In this document: piece by piece, positions 36,000-48,289 of the stretch
How the letters are laid out: every line of letters starts with the position of its first letter
Position numbering within the stretch: position 1 is the stretch's first letter
Source of the DNA: Selaginella moellendorffii
Taxonomy: Eukaryota; Plantae; Lycopodiophyta
NCBI RefSeq assembly: GCF_000143415.4
Contig: NW_003314261.1
Location: forward strand, 5,110,360-5,174,359
DNA length: 64,000 bases
Reading direction: 5' to 3'
The notes under the pieces: model-generated
Database searches by the model: none
Told to the model about the DNA's origin: nothing
The model's input: the letters and a program-made list of their open reading frames with translations, nothing else
Made by a program: the position numbers and the translations under genes

Positions 36000-38900
36000 C
36001 ATATACACAATTTCTTAAGAATTAGTTTGTTGAATATTATGTCTTTAGAGTGATTTCTTCATACGCTAAATCTTATAAACTTGTAATCCAATTTGTTACA
36101 ACACTTGATACAATTGGACAAGGAACCTTTTAGACAAACCACACACTATAAAATTGGAAAAACAAACTCAACATTAAATTATTCACTTTGCATTCTATAA
36201 ATGAACAATGGTAAGAGTTATAGTGCTATTGTTGTTCCTAAGTGTTAAGTGTTATGAAAATTTTGTTTAAACTAATGGAAGATTATATGTCAAATATTAA
36301 TTTCATGATTTAGCATAGGTAGCTCATAGGAATCGCAAAGGTAAACTTAATTCCATTGGCAATATAAAACTATAACTATATAAGAGTTTCTATGGTAAAG
36401 CACCAATGGAACTTTACACCCTCATAACATATGATACTAAAGAAATAATAAATAATTATCCCAATCCAAATGTTAGAAATTCACATACTTTATGATCATC
36501 CCCTTGAATGTCCAAATAAACCCATCAAACTATTTGTCTATGGATGATAAACACTTATTAAAACATGGTGTATCCTCAATAAAGATAAAACATAAAATGA
36601 TTAAACTATGAATATGTAACCATTATTTGAGAAAATCCACTATGCTAAAATACCACCCAATTAAGGAGGAAGTATTTACAACAGTCATAAATATACTAAT
36701 AAAAGTATTAACTTCTACTTAATGAGTTAAATAGTCAAAAGCAATAATGATAAACTCATTGTCAACAATCAACCACAAAAGAGGCCCCATCAAATCAAAT
36801 ACTACTAACTCAAACAAATGAGAAATTATAATTGACCCCAACCATCCTTCTATAACACAAGGAAGAGTATTAAGAACTTGGCATCAAATGCAATTATGCA
36901 TATATTAAATAATATTACATTATACATATTGTTAATAAAAAAATCTATACAACTTCTCATTCATACAATGATGTCCCATTTAGAATAGAAGAGTTATGAT
37001 AAGTATAAAAAAAGCATGAAATAAAGATAAAAAACATCACTAACTGCAAATGGTTATCAGGATCAATCTCCATAAAGTAAAGAATATTATCCTTAAGGCA
37101 ATATTAAGAATGTAAATGTTAAAATAAGAAATCATTAGTAAGTGATGAAAGATTTTTAAACTCATCATGAAGCCTTTGAATCCACAACTCAACTTTTTAA
37201 GCCTCATGAATCTCAGATAAATCTAGTTTTGCACCTTTTGGACACTAAATATCAAACACAATAACTCTTGACAACATAAAATCCTTATCTAAAAAATCTA
37301 TTGATGTTGTAATAATAGGCTCGCAAGGAACATAAGCAACATCAAAATCATATATCTTAAACTTTATAGCTCACTAAGCAATACATCTAACTAGGTTCTT
37401 TTACTTTAATCATACAATGACTATAATATCATCACCCTCCAACAATGTCTATGAACCATCCAAATATACATTAAGCTTATCAACACTCTAAATTATTGTA
37501 AGACACTCCTCTTTTATGAGTTAGCTAATAAGATAATGCTAACTATATGCATTCATGCTTTCTTTCATTAACGCACTTCCAAAATTAATATCAAATGTAA
37601 AATGAAAAGTTAAATATAATTAAAAAGAGTGTAAACAATAACGAGAGACAATCCATAAAAGTTTAAATAAAAACGGAAAGGGCTTATAAATAAAAGTGTA
37701 CTTTCTTTTCCAATCAGTGAAAGATCTTGGGATATTTAGGATTAAGTGTCTTTGGGTTTGAATAATACTAAGTTGAGTGACCTCTTAAGAAGTCCAAATT
37801 AAGGAGTTTACAAAAAGTTGTCAACACTTCTTTAAAACTCTTAAATGCCCACTTACAGTATTAAAGCTAAATGAAGGATGATGTTGATAACTTCAACAAC
37901 ACTCACAATGATATAATACAATTAGAAAGATGATCAATAAAATAACTAAAATACTACATCTTACCAAAGAAGTGCTGCACATAATTCATACACTTTAGAC
38001 TTCAAAACAACTATATGTTTGTCAAAATAAATTTCCAAACCCTCACAAGAAATGCAATACCTAAGATAAATTATTTCCCAAACATATACTTTAGTTTCAA
38101 ACTAGTTTCCTATAGCGAATCTAACACCTTACAAATATCATAGACATACTCCTTTTATGTCCTCTTTGAGTGGATCAAGTTATTATCAATAAAGTCAATA
38201 ATCACCTTTTACATATCTCAAAAAACCTCATCAATCATCCATTGAAAAGTTACCAAAGTATTGTTTAAATCAAACAGCATCACCAAAAACTCATATAAAC
38301 CAAATGGTGTATGGAAAGTAGCCTGAGAAACATCCCTTCAGCTATTAACACTTACCAATACCAGATCTTATTTGATGAATTAACAACTTTTCCCAAAACA
38401 ATTTAAAAAATCAGCAGTGTGAGGAAGAGGGTATATAATTAGGATAATCATATTGTTTAATAAAAAATTAATTGATTTAAAATTAAATACTTTTATTAAG
38501 CTTTCTCACAATGAGATTCTTTAGAATTTAAGACAATTATATAACACCCTTCTCCATGTAAACTTTGTATTTGAATTTTCTAAAATGTTACTAAACCTAA
38601 GACTCACTACTCAAACCTAAGAATACAAAGATTGATTGAAAAAGTGGGTATATTATTTTTGTTCATATGCTCTTTTTCTTTATATTGAACTATTTTTCAA
38701 ACCATTTTCTTTTATTGGTTATAATCTGAGAGGTCATCTATTTTAATACTATTCAAACTCAAGAATACTTAACTCAAAGTACCTCAAAACCTTAACTAAT
38801 TAGAAAAAAGAATGCACTCTCATTTTTAGCCTTTTCCTTTTATATTTGGTTACTTACAATCTAGTACCTCTTTAACATTTATGTGTAAAATCTTGTCCCC
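36000..38900 (-). mobile_element. Heavily decayed Ty3/Gypsy pol relic
   Basis: Minus-strand remnants YPLPH (~38420), ATFHTPFGLYEFLVM (~38300), IDFIDN (~38185, YIDD-like) and SVYHP*TN (~36540, integrase), in RT-then-IN order. Many stops; AT-enriched. Confidence 0.75.
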
Positions 38901-40341
38901 CCCCCCCCTCTCTCTCTCTCTCCACTTTTCCCATATTTGTAAAGTGTTGTAACATTTTGGTTTGTGAATCTTGCAATACTGTAAACAACCATTATTCAAC
39001 TTATGTTTAATGGTTTTAATCAAGATTTTATGAGATATTCCAATAGAGTCGTTAAGTGAGATGAAATGTTGAAACTACATCACTTATAAGGGGAGTCCAC
39101 TAGTTAGTTTGGTATTTGCATTAAGAACTTGCTAGCATGTGTGGATCTTAACATATGTTAGCCACTCTGTTCTACCATATGTGTGGTTTTATTAAAAAAA
39201 TTATTCTAAAAAATAAAATTATTATCCACAGCTAGAGAGGACATATAAATGCAACATAAAATAACAAAATTCCTTTTGTTATACATCTCCTCTTTGTTGT
39301 CTTAGCATGTGATTCACAACCACAATAGTCACTTGCTGAAGCCAAATGTGAATCCACAATAGCATGTGTGGAAGAACCTCTCAATACACTATCAACACTT
39401 TCCTCTAAACAGTGTGTAATGACAATCACATTTATGAATGTAGTGTGTCAAAAATATATATGAACATTCTTGATTTGTGTGTACAGAATAGCATAAAACT
39501 AAGGCTGAAACAAAATATACTAAAATAAGCTAAGCCATTTTCTATGTGTACTTCTTTTGTAACGGAATATCTAAATTTTATAAAACTCATATATAGCATC
39601 ACTTAATTTGCATAATAGTAGTGCTATTCATGTTTATATTATTTATTAATTTAATTGATCAATATGTGATTCAATTAAAAGAGAAGTCAATATGAAGTCA
39701 AATCAGTATTCATCACATATTTGTGGCCATAATGGTCATATATTAGAATGATTTGGTGAAAGTTTCAAACTCGCATTGACTAGTGACCTTATTATACTCT
39801 ACAATGAACTTTCTATATAACCATATATGCATCTTTTTAAATTTATAATAATTATATTGTAAATGTTTATGGTCTAACTTTACTCTTCATACTTTAAAGC
39901 GTTAGAGCATCAATTATAGAATTCATCTTAAGCCCAAAATGTGCAAAATTGTGATATAATTATAAACATGTTTATAATTTATAAATACAAGATTAATCTT
40001 ATTGCATACCAACCATAATATGGTACAATAATTAAGAAGTGTTTAGGAAAGTTTATAAATTATAAACATATTTATAAGTTATAATACAAAATTAGTCTAA
40101 ATGAATAACAACCATTAGATGGTTAAATATCCTAGAATATTCAAGCATCTTTTAAATATCAGGTTAATGTTTGAGATTCTAAGCATAATGTTGGAGATAT
40201 GCTCCACCCTAAGAAACAGTTGTTTCTTATCGATTGTGTTTATTTTTCTTGTGTCGTTGCCACCTATGCCCAGGGACAGCGGCCTCACCAAAGAGAGTAG
40301 TTCTTATAGGCGAGAGTTAGAAAAAAGGATCACAAGTAAAA

Positions 40342-41378
40342 ATGGAGCAAGGCAAGAAGGATCTCCATCTCTATGTTAACATCATCTCACAGCCATCACG
40401 AGCAATTATTATCTTTTGCAAGTAGTTCAATTCTTTTCTTTGCTCCAAAGTTTTCCATGATAAACTTTTGTATGTGCATATAGACTGAACAACATAGAAG
40501 CAGAGGTTCATCACCTTGACATTTTGAAGGGAGAGCACAAGACGACTGAGTTTAAAGGTAAGGTACCATCTTTTTTCTTGTTTCATGAGGACTTCTTTCA
40601 TTTTTCTAGCAATCAATCCCATGGGCCAAGTTCCAGCAATTGTGGAGAATGGATTTAAGCTCTTTGAAAGGTCTCTTAAAACCTACTATTATAGCTTGAT
40701 CAGACTTACAAGTAAAATTCGCAGCCATGCAATCCTGAAATACCTTGCTGGAACCTGTCCTGGAGTTCCTGATAACTGGTAGGTTTATACTAAAAAGTCC
40801 CTAATGAAATCTGCTTTTGTTTTGGATCAGGTATCCATCAGATCCACAGCAGAGAGCTCAGATCGACAGTATTTTAGACTGGCACCATGGAAATCTTCGC
40901 CGGGGTGCAAGTAAGTAAATATTTGATTCTATGAATCCGATTAACCATAAGATTTGGACACGCCCTTTGCAGCTGGCTTGTTCATGGCAGAAGTGATATT
41001 TCCCATGAATGGTGCTCCAAAAGACACCAAGGCAATTGCAGATGCAGAGAAAACTCTGCAATCTGCTCTCTCAAACATTGAGGACATATGGCTGGATGGA
41101 AATACCAACTTTCTGGGAGGTTCACCTCAGCCAAGTGTTGCCGATTTGATCCTTTCCTGTGAGATTATGGAGCTAGAGGTAATTATCTTTACTTCCTTTT
41201 CTACCACCTAGCCTTCTTACTTGTTTTGTGTCAGCTCTTGGGGGAGGAGAAGTATTTGTCCTTGTTGGACTCCAAACAAAAGATAAGAAAATGGTTAGGC
41301 AATGTGAAGGAGACCCTCTCACCACATTTTACCGATGTCCATGACTCCCTTATTAGAGCATTTCAAAACAAAACATAG
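40342..41378 (+). CDS. Glutathione S-transferase, theta class (multi-exon)
   Basis: SQPSRAIIIFCK, INPMGQVPAI..FKLFESHAILKYL, WYP..ILDWHHGNLRRGA, PSVADL..CEIMEL. Confidence 0.92.
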
Positions 41379-41629
41379 GCGAACAGCAATTTGTTTGTCA
41401 AAACAATAAAAGGGACAACAATAATCGCCTTTCATGTGATTGTGCTTGGACGATTCTGGTGGAAGAGACTCCAAATCTGTGGGAAAAAACCAAATAAAGC
41501 TAATGATGAGTCTTTAGGACCATTCTCCAGCTTAGTGGCGTTAGTCGGAAAAGGGCAAAGACTTAAAACAACATATTTAAGGATATTTGCAATTTTAATT
41601 TTAGAAAACTCAGTTAATTAAAGATTTAT

Positions 41630-42172
41630 TTGGTTCTTATTAGAGCAAGGGAAATGCAACTGCCCCGAGCAACAAGAATAATCACACTCTGCAGAAGCTT
41701 GATAGTTGTGGTGATGCTCACAATAACAGTTAGATCAACTTTGATGAACTTGATTGGAGTCCACACAAGAATGGCATTGCTCAGATACTTGCAAATGACG
41801 CCAATGATAATTGGGCAAGGATCACAATGATCTCAAGGATGATAATCACCGGATAAAGGATGACACATAGGACGAGGTCCTTTAGACTGGCTATAAGTTG
41901 AGTGACTATTCGAAGTACTTTGTCAACTACATCCAGTGGGACACCAATGTCTGATGAAGTTCCATTTGTAGGAAGTACCTCCTTTAGAGTCTCATAGTGC
42001 CTTGCAAACAAATTTACATGGACAAAGAGTCAAACAAAACTTTAGACCAAGTTATATATACTATACCAGAGAGGTCTCCACTAACATCGCTGTCTAACGC
42101 TGAAACATGAACAACACTCACAAGGAGGAGGCAAGCAAATGGGAGAACGAATGCTATGCTTGTTTTTGCCAT
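41630..42172 (-). pseudogene. Orphan hydrophobic secreted protein family, copy A (deletions, truncated)
   Basis: Homologous to copies B/D/F. Lacks KVPLL and IYIPGGF (the latter loss frameshifting) and the 3' end. Confidence 0.75.
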
Positions 42173-42727
42173 TTTCTTCAATTTAATTTTCTATTATTTC
42201 TTGGATAGTGTGAGTCATCCCTTTAAATACTCGACAAATCACACCAAACTTTTAAGCCACCTGTAAAGTAAATCAGGACTTTTGCAATGAGTATATCTTG
42301 AATATTTCATTATATCTCATTGAATTGCTTTTCAAAATAGGAGAATAGCCGAATATACTCGTTCAATTATTGGATTCAAACCAATCGTTCCAGTTATTTG
42401 TACGTGACAAGAAAGTGAACTTCAGAATTGTTGACATCACACTACAAAGGGCATGTCCGTCTTTACAAGGGACTAAGTTGCTGTAGCAGCTGCGAGGGGC
42501 TAGCTGAAGGCTGGCAGAACTGACTCTATCTATAACTAGCATAAGCATGCGTAGAAGTCAAGAAAATTTGGCATAGTCAATATAGGTCTAAACGGTGGTT
42601 TATTTTATGTAAAGCTAAACTTCTCACCATTGGATTTCCTAGTTGAAAAAGAAATGAATTTCCAGTTTAAAAAACACATTTAATTCAAGATTTATTTTAT
42701 TTTAAACATTGTGCATTTTATCAGAGC

Positions 42728-43330
42728 TTAATAGAGTAATCCCAGCACTGACTGAAGGATATTAACCAGTGCACTCAGCACAAGGAAAATGCAACTGTTT
42801 GGAGTAACAAGGATAATCACACTCTGCAGAAGCTTGATAGTTGTGGTGAGGCTCACAATAACAGTTAGATCTACTTTGATGAACTTGATTGGAGTCCACA
42901 CAGGAATCGCATTGCCCAGATACTTGCAAATGACTTCAATGATAATTGGGCAAGGAAACCCACCAGGGATGTAAATCACAATGATCTCAAGGATGATAAT
43001 CACCGGATAAAGGATGACACATAGCAAAGGAACTTTGAGGACGAGGTCCTTTAGACAGGCTATAAGTTGAGTGACTAATTCAAGTACTTTGTCAACTACA
43101 TCCAGTGGGACACCAATGCCTGATGTTGGTGAAGTTTCATTTGTGGGAAGTATCTCCTTTAGAGACCTCATAGTGCCTTGCCAGAACGATTTAAGAGTTA
43201 ACAAACAAAACTTTAGACCAAGTTATGGCATACCAGAGAGGTCTCCACTAACATCAGCTGAAACATGAAGAACACTAGCAAGGAGGAGGCATGCAAGTGG
43301 GAGAATAAACACAATGTTTGATTTTGCCAT
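42728..43330 (-). CDS. Orphan hydrophobic secreted protein family, copy B (2 exons, about 180 aa)
   Basis: Signal peptide MAKSNIVFILPLACLLLASVLHVSA; GT-AG intron; open exon 2 to ..SVLGLLY*; TATTTAAAGG box about 60 bp upstream. Confidence 0.75.
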
Positions 43331-43465
43331 TTCTTCGATTTAATCTGCTTAGATAGTGTGAGTTATCAATCTGAGGGACATTCATGCCTTTAAATACTCG
43401 ACAAATCACACCAAACTTTTAGGCCACCCATAAGCAGGACTTTTGCGATGAGTATATCTGTGATT

Positions 43466-44274
43466 TTATGTCAAGCTCCAAAAGTCCGCTTCGTCTATCC
43501 AATCATATGGCGCCCTCTCAACCACGAGAAAGTCTCCTCGAATATCCTTGGCCAGCCGAATATGCTCGCCCAGATATACGGATTCGAACTTAATAGATCG
43601 CTCCAATTATTTGTACTGGTAAAATCTGTAAAAACTTACCAGCCTTTACCGAAGGGAGGGACTGGTAAACTCCAGGTATCACTTCGAAGAAGCGCGCCAG
43701 TAAACCTATGGCCAGAAGAACATATCAAAGGAATCACCACTGGAGTATATCTCAACTGGAATTCCACTCTCTTGTCCGAGACAACCTCCATCGTGGAGGC
43801 CACCACGAACGCTCCAGAGGGTGGAAATGTGATGACATTGTTTAATCGATTCTCGCCCACATCGATCACCTGCATAGAACAAGAGCCTAGATTTCATTCC
43901 TGTGGTCTTTGTTCTTTCACCTGGAGAATGTCGCCAGCGCGAGTGCCAAATAGAGGCGCCTTGTCCACGATGAAGAGCTGCTCCTTCTCGGTCGTCCACA
44001 GCATCCTCCACGTCCCTGAGAGGCGCGAATCGGTGGTGATTCCATCCGAGCTCACCGACTCGGCAGCGAGCGCCTCGAAGGCGCGAAGAATCCTGTCTTT
44101 TCTCCTCTTGTCCTTCTGGCTTCTCAGCCCTCTCTCATCGTCGGAGATGAGCCCTAGCAGTTCATCCCTCGCGGCGATGGAAGCTCGGCATTGGTGTTTT
44201 CTCGATCCGGCAGCAGCAGCGTAGCGAGTGGGAAAGATCGTGGCTGGGGTGGAAATATTTCCTAGTGACACCAT
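43466..44274 (-). pseudogene. Fibrillin (PAP_fibrillin, FBN9-like) copy 1, probably damaged
   Basis: About 99% identical to copy 2, but the last acceptor is AG>AA (43590) and YLD>YLG. Confidence 0.65.
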
Positions 44275-45152
44275 AGCCGTGAGGGTTTTTAATTCTATCT
44301 CGAAATATTTTAATAGAGAATGAGAGATGATGGCCATGGACCACAAACACTATCAAAGCAAATAAATCTGTGACATGAAATCCGCATAGAGATGAATCCT
44401 CTGGTGCCGCAGCGTTTTGCACAACGCCTCTGGCCTGTCCAGTCCTTCCCGTGGCGTGCGCCTGCTTTCATTCCTTCCAATGGCTTTAAGTGTTTTGCAT
44501 TGTAGGCGGTCTGCATCGCTTTTGAGCTTGTAAATGAGTGAGTGATGACACTGTTTGCCTTCGTGCCTGGGTCATGATCTGTAGCGTAATTAGCCGGTGG
44601 TCTGCTTTTGTGACAAAGTCCAGGAGCTCGATATTCCTAACGACTTTGCAGTGTACTCATCGTAATCAGGTGTGCTACAACTGGTGTCCACGTTCTCCTG
44701 CTGCCAGCCCGCCCAGATCCATGATGAGTTGCCGTGCCTGGGTATAGCACAATGCTATTGCCAGCGGAACGAAAAGGCTACTTGTCAATCTATCTGGTGC
44801 TTGTCTCGTCTAACGCCTTGTTGTGCCTTTGGTGATGCTTTGTAAGGTACTTGAACATTGAAGTCAACCATGGCATTTTGCCTCTATTTAAATAGCCTAG
44901 CTGTCCTGCAAGCATTGTGAATAGTGGGTGGAAAGGAGCAACACCGGCCGTAGTTTTTGCAGCTGCGGGTTTTGGGGCTGCAGGATCAGCACTGGGTCGG
45001 CAGCGGTGAGTCTGATGAGTCTTTAGGGAGGTGCTGTTCCTGCAGGAATTCTGTGCCGCATTCTCCAATCTACAGGAGCTGCAGGTCTTTCCGCTAAGGC
45101 TTCAACCATAGCATTGGTTGTGGGTGGCAGCATTGCTGCCACTTATCATGCG

Positions 45153-45331
45153 ATTGACAGTTGGCAAAGGAACTTTGAGGACGAGGTCCTTTTCAACTGA
45201 TTCTCTTGGCTCCCGTCCCAATGTGTGTTGTGGTGGCAAGTAGAGAATGTGATGTTGTAGCAAAAGTAGAGCCACAAGCCAAGCCAAAGGACCTTGTCTT
45301 CAAAGTTCCTTTGCGAAGTGTCATCTTTTAT
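45153..45331. ncRNA. Inverted-repeat fold-back derived from the secreted-protein CDS (candidate MIRNA/hpRNA 1)
   Basis: 45164-45192 pairs with 45286-45314 (29 bp, two G:U on + strand). Confidence 0.5.
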
Positions 45332-45585
45332 CTTAAATTTAAGTGTAAATTTGATCCTCATCTAAAAGAAATAAAATGGATTAGTGATGTCATGATGATG
45401 TGAAAAATACCATTGTGTTCAAGGCAATCTTTACATTCTGTATATATGCCAAATAAGCAAATCTAGACACTTTTCATAAATCATAATTAACAACCAAGAA
45501 AAAAAAAAAACATACTCCTGTAAAAACAAAAAGAAATGGAGATGTCAACACTTTCTTTGATAGGAAACTATACTTTGAGATCCTT

Positions 45586-45889
45586 TGACAAGGTCCTTTA
45601 GACTGGCTATAACTTGAGTGACTATTTCAAGTACTTTGTCAATTACATCCAGTGGGACACCAATGTTTGATGAAGTTCCATTTGTAGGAAGTACCTCCTC
45701 TAGAGATCTCATAGTGCCTTGCAAACAAATTTACATGGACAAAGAGTCAAACAAAACTTTAGACCAAGTTATATATACTATACCAAAGAGGTCTCCACTA
45801 ACATCACTGTCTAACACTGAAACATGAACAACACTCGCAAGGAGGAGGCAAGCAAGTGGGAGAACGAATGCTATGCTTGATTTTGCCAT
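45586..45889 (-). pseudogene. Orphan secreted protein family, copy C (5' half only)
   Basis: Exon 1, intron and exon 2 up to ..LKDLV, then interrupted. Confidence 0.75.
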
Positions 45890-46414
45890 TTTCTTCAATT
45901 TAATTTTCTAACATTTCTTGGATAGTGTGAGTCATCCCTTTAAATACTCGACAAATCACACCAAACTTTTAAGCCACCTGTAACGTAAATCAGGACTTTT
46001 GCAATGAGTATATCTTGAATATTTCATTATATCTCATTGAATCGCTTTTCAAAATAGGAGAACAGCCGAATATACTCGTCCAGTTATTGGATTCAAACCA
46101 ATCGTTCCAGTTATTTGTACGTGACAAGAAAGTGAACTTCAGAATTGTTGACATCACACTACAAAGGGCATGTCCGTCTTTACAAGGGGACTAAGTTGCT
46201 GTAGCAGCTGCGAGGGGCTAGCTGAAGGCTGGCAGAACTGAATCTATCTATAGCTAGCATAAGCATGTGTAGAAGTCAAGAAAAATTTGGCATTGTCAAT
46301 ATAGGTCTAAATGGTGGTTTGTAAAGCTAAACTTCTCACCAGTTGAAAAAGAAATGAATTTCCAGTTTAAAAAACACATTTAATTCAAGATTTATTTTAT
46401 TTTAAACATAGAGC

Positions 46415-47017
46415 TTAATAGAGTAATCCCAGCACCGACTGAAGGATATTAACCAGTGCACTCAGCACAAGGAAAATGCAACTGTTTGGAGTAACAAGGA
46501 TAATCACACTCTGCAGAAGCTTGATAGTTGTGGTGAGGCTCACAATAACAGTTAGATCAACTTTGATGAACTTGATTGGAGTCCACACAGGAATGGCATT
46601 GCCCAGATACTTGCAAATGACTTCAATGATAATTGGGCAAGGAAAGCCACCAGGGATGTAGATCACAATGATCTCAAGGATGATAATCACTGGATAAAGA
46701 ATGACACATAGCAAAGGAACTTTGAGGACGAGGTCCTTTAGACTGGCTATAAGTTGAGTGACTAATTCAAGTACTTTGTCAACTACATCCAGTGGGACAC
46801 CAAAGTCTGGTGCTGATGAAGGTTCATCTGTGGGAAGTACCTCCTTTAGAGACCTTATAGTGCCTTGTCAGAACGATTTAAGAGTTAACAAACAAAACTT
46901 TAGACCAAGTTATGGCATACCAGAGAGGTCTCCACTAACATCAGCTGAAACATGAAGAACACTAGCAAGGAGGAGGCATGCAAGTGGGAGAATAAACACA
47001 ATGTTTGATTTTGCCAT
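46415..47017 (-). CDS. Orphan hydrophobic secreted protein family, copy D
   Basis: Same 2-exon structure as B, open frame. Confidence 0.75.
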
Positions 47018-47152
47018 TTCTTCGATTTAATCTACTTAGATAGTGTGAGTTATCAATCTGAGGGACATTCATGCCTTTAAATACTCGACAAATCACACCA
47101 AACTTTTAGGCCACCCATAAGCAGGACTTTTGCGACGAGTATATCTGTGATT

Positions 47153-47961
47153 TTATGTCAAGCTCCAAAAGTCCGCTTCGTCTATCCAATCATATGGCGC
47201 CCTCTCAACCACGAGAAAGTCTCCTCGAATATCCTTGGCCAGCCGAATATGCTCGTCCAGATATACGGATTCGAACCTAATAGATCGCTCCAATTATTTG
47301 TACTGGTAAAATCTGTAAAAACTTACCAGCCTTTACCCAAGGGAGGGACTGGTAAACTCCAGGTATCACTTCGAAGAAGCGCGCCAGTAAACCTATGGCC
47401 AGAAGAACATATCAAAGGAATCACCACTGGAGTATATCTCAACTGGAATTCCACTCTCTTGTCCGAGACAACCTCCATCGTGGAGGCCACCACGAACGCT
47501 CCAGAGGGTGGAAATGTGATGACATTGTTTAATCGATTCTCGCCCACATCGATCACCTGCATAGAACAAGAGCCTAGATTTCATTCCTGTGGTCTTTGTT
47601 CTTTCACCTGGAGAATGTCGCCAGCGCGAGTGCCAAATAGAGGCGCCTTGTCCACGATGAAGAGCTGCTCCTTCTCGGTCGTCCACAGCATCCTCCACGT
47701 CCCTGAGAGGCGCGAATCGGTGGTGATTCCATCCGAGCTCGCCGACTCGGCAGCGAGCGCCTCGAATGCGCGAAGAATCCTCTCTTTTCTCCTCTTGTCC
47801 TTCTGGCTTCTCAGCCCTCTCTCATCGTCGGAGATGAGCCCTAGCAGTTCATCCCTCGCGGCGATGGAAGCTCGGCATTGGTGTTTTCTCGATCCGGCAG
47901 CAGCAGCGTAGCGAGTGGGAAAGATCGTGGCTGGGGTGGAAATATTTCCTAGTGACACCAT
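47153..47961 (-). CDS. FBN9: Plastid-lipid-associated fibrillin (FBN9-like) copy 2, intact
   Basis: LSGTWRMLWTTEKEQLFI..GDILQ/VIDV..LNNVITFPP..PPLGKGW/FESVYLDEHIRLAKDIRGDFLVV. Confidence 0.85.
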
Positions 47962-48289
47962 AGCCGTGAGGGTTTTTAATTCTATCTCGAAATATTTTAA
48001 TAGAGAATGAGAGATGATGGCCATGGACCACAAACACTATCAAAGCAAATAAATCTGTGACATGAAATCCGCATAGAGATGAATCCTCTGGTGCCGCAGC
48101 GTTTTGCACAACGCCTCTGGCCTGTCCAGTCCTTCCCGTGGCGTGCGCCTGCTTTCATTCCTTCCAATGGCTTCAAGTGTTTTGCATTGTAGGCGGTCTG
48201 CATCGCTTTTGAGCTTGTAAATGAGTGAGTGGTGACACTGTTCGCCTTCGTGCCTGGGTCATGATCTGTAGCGCAATTAGCCGGTGGTC

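Noticed and set aside
43448-44224. 258-aa + strand ORF (and its twin at 47147-47911)
   Set aside because: Antisense to the fibrillin exons; recurrence is explained by the recent duplication.
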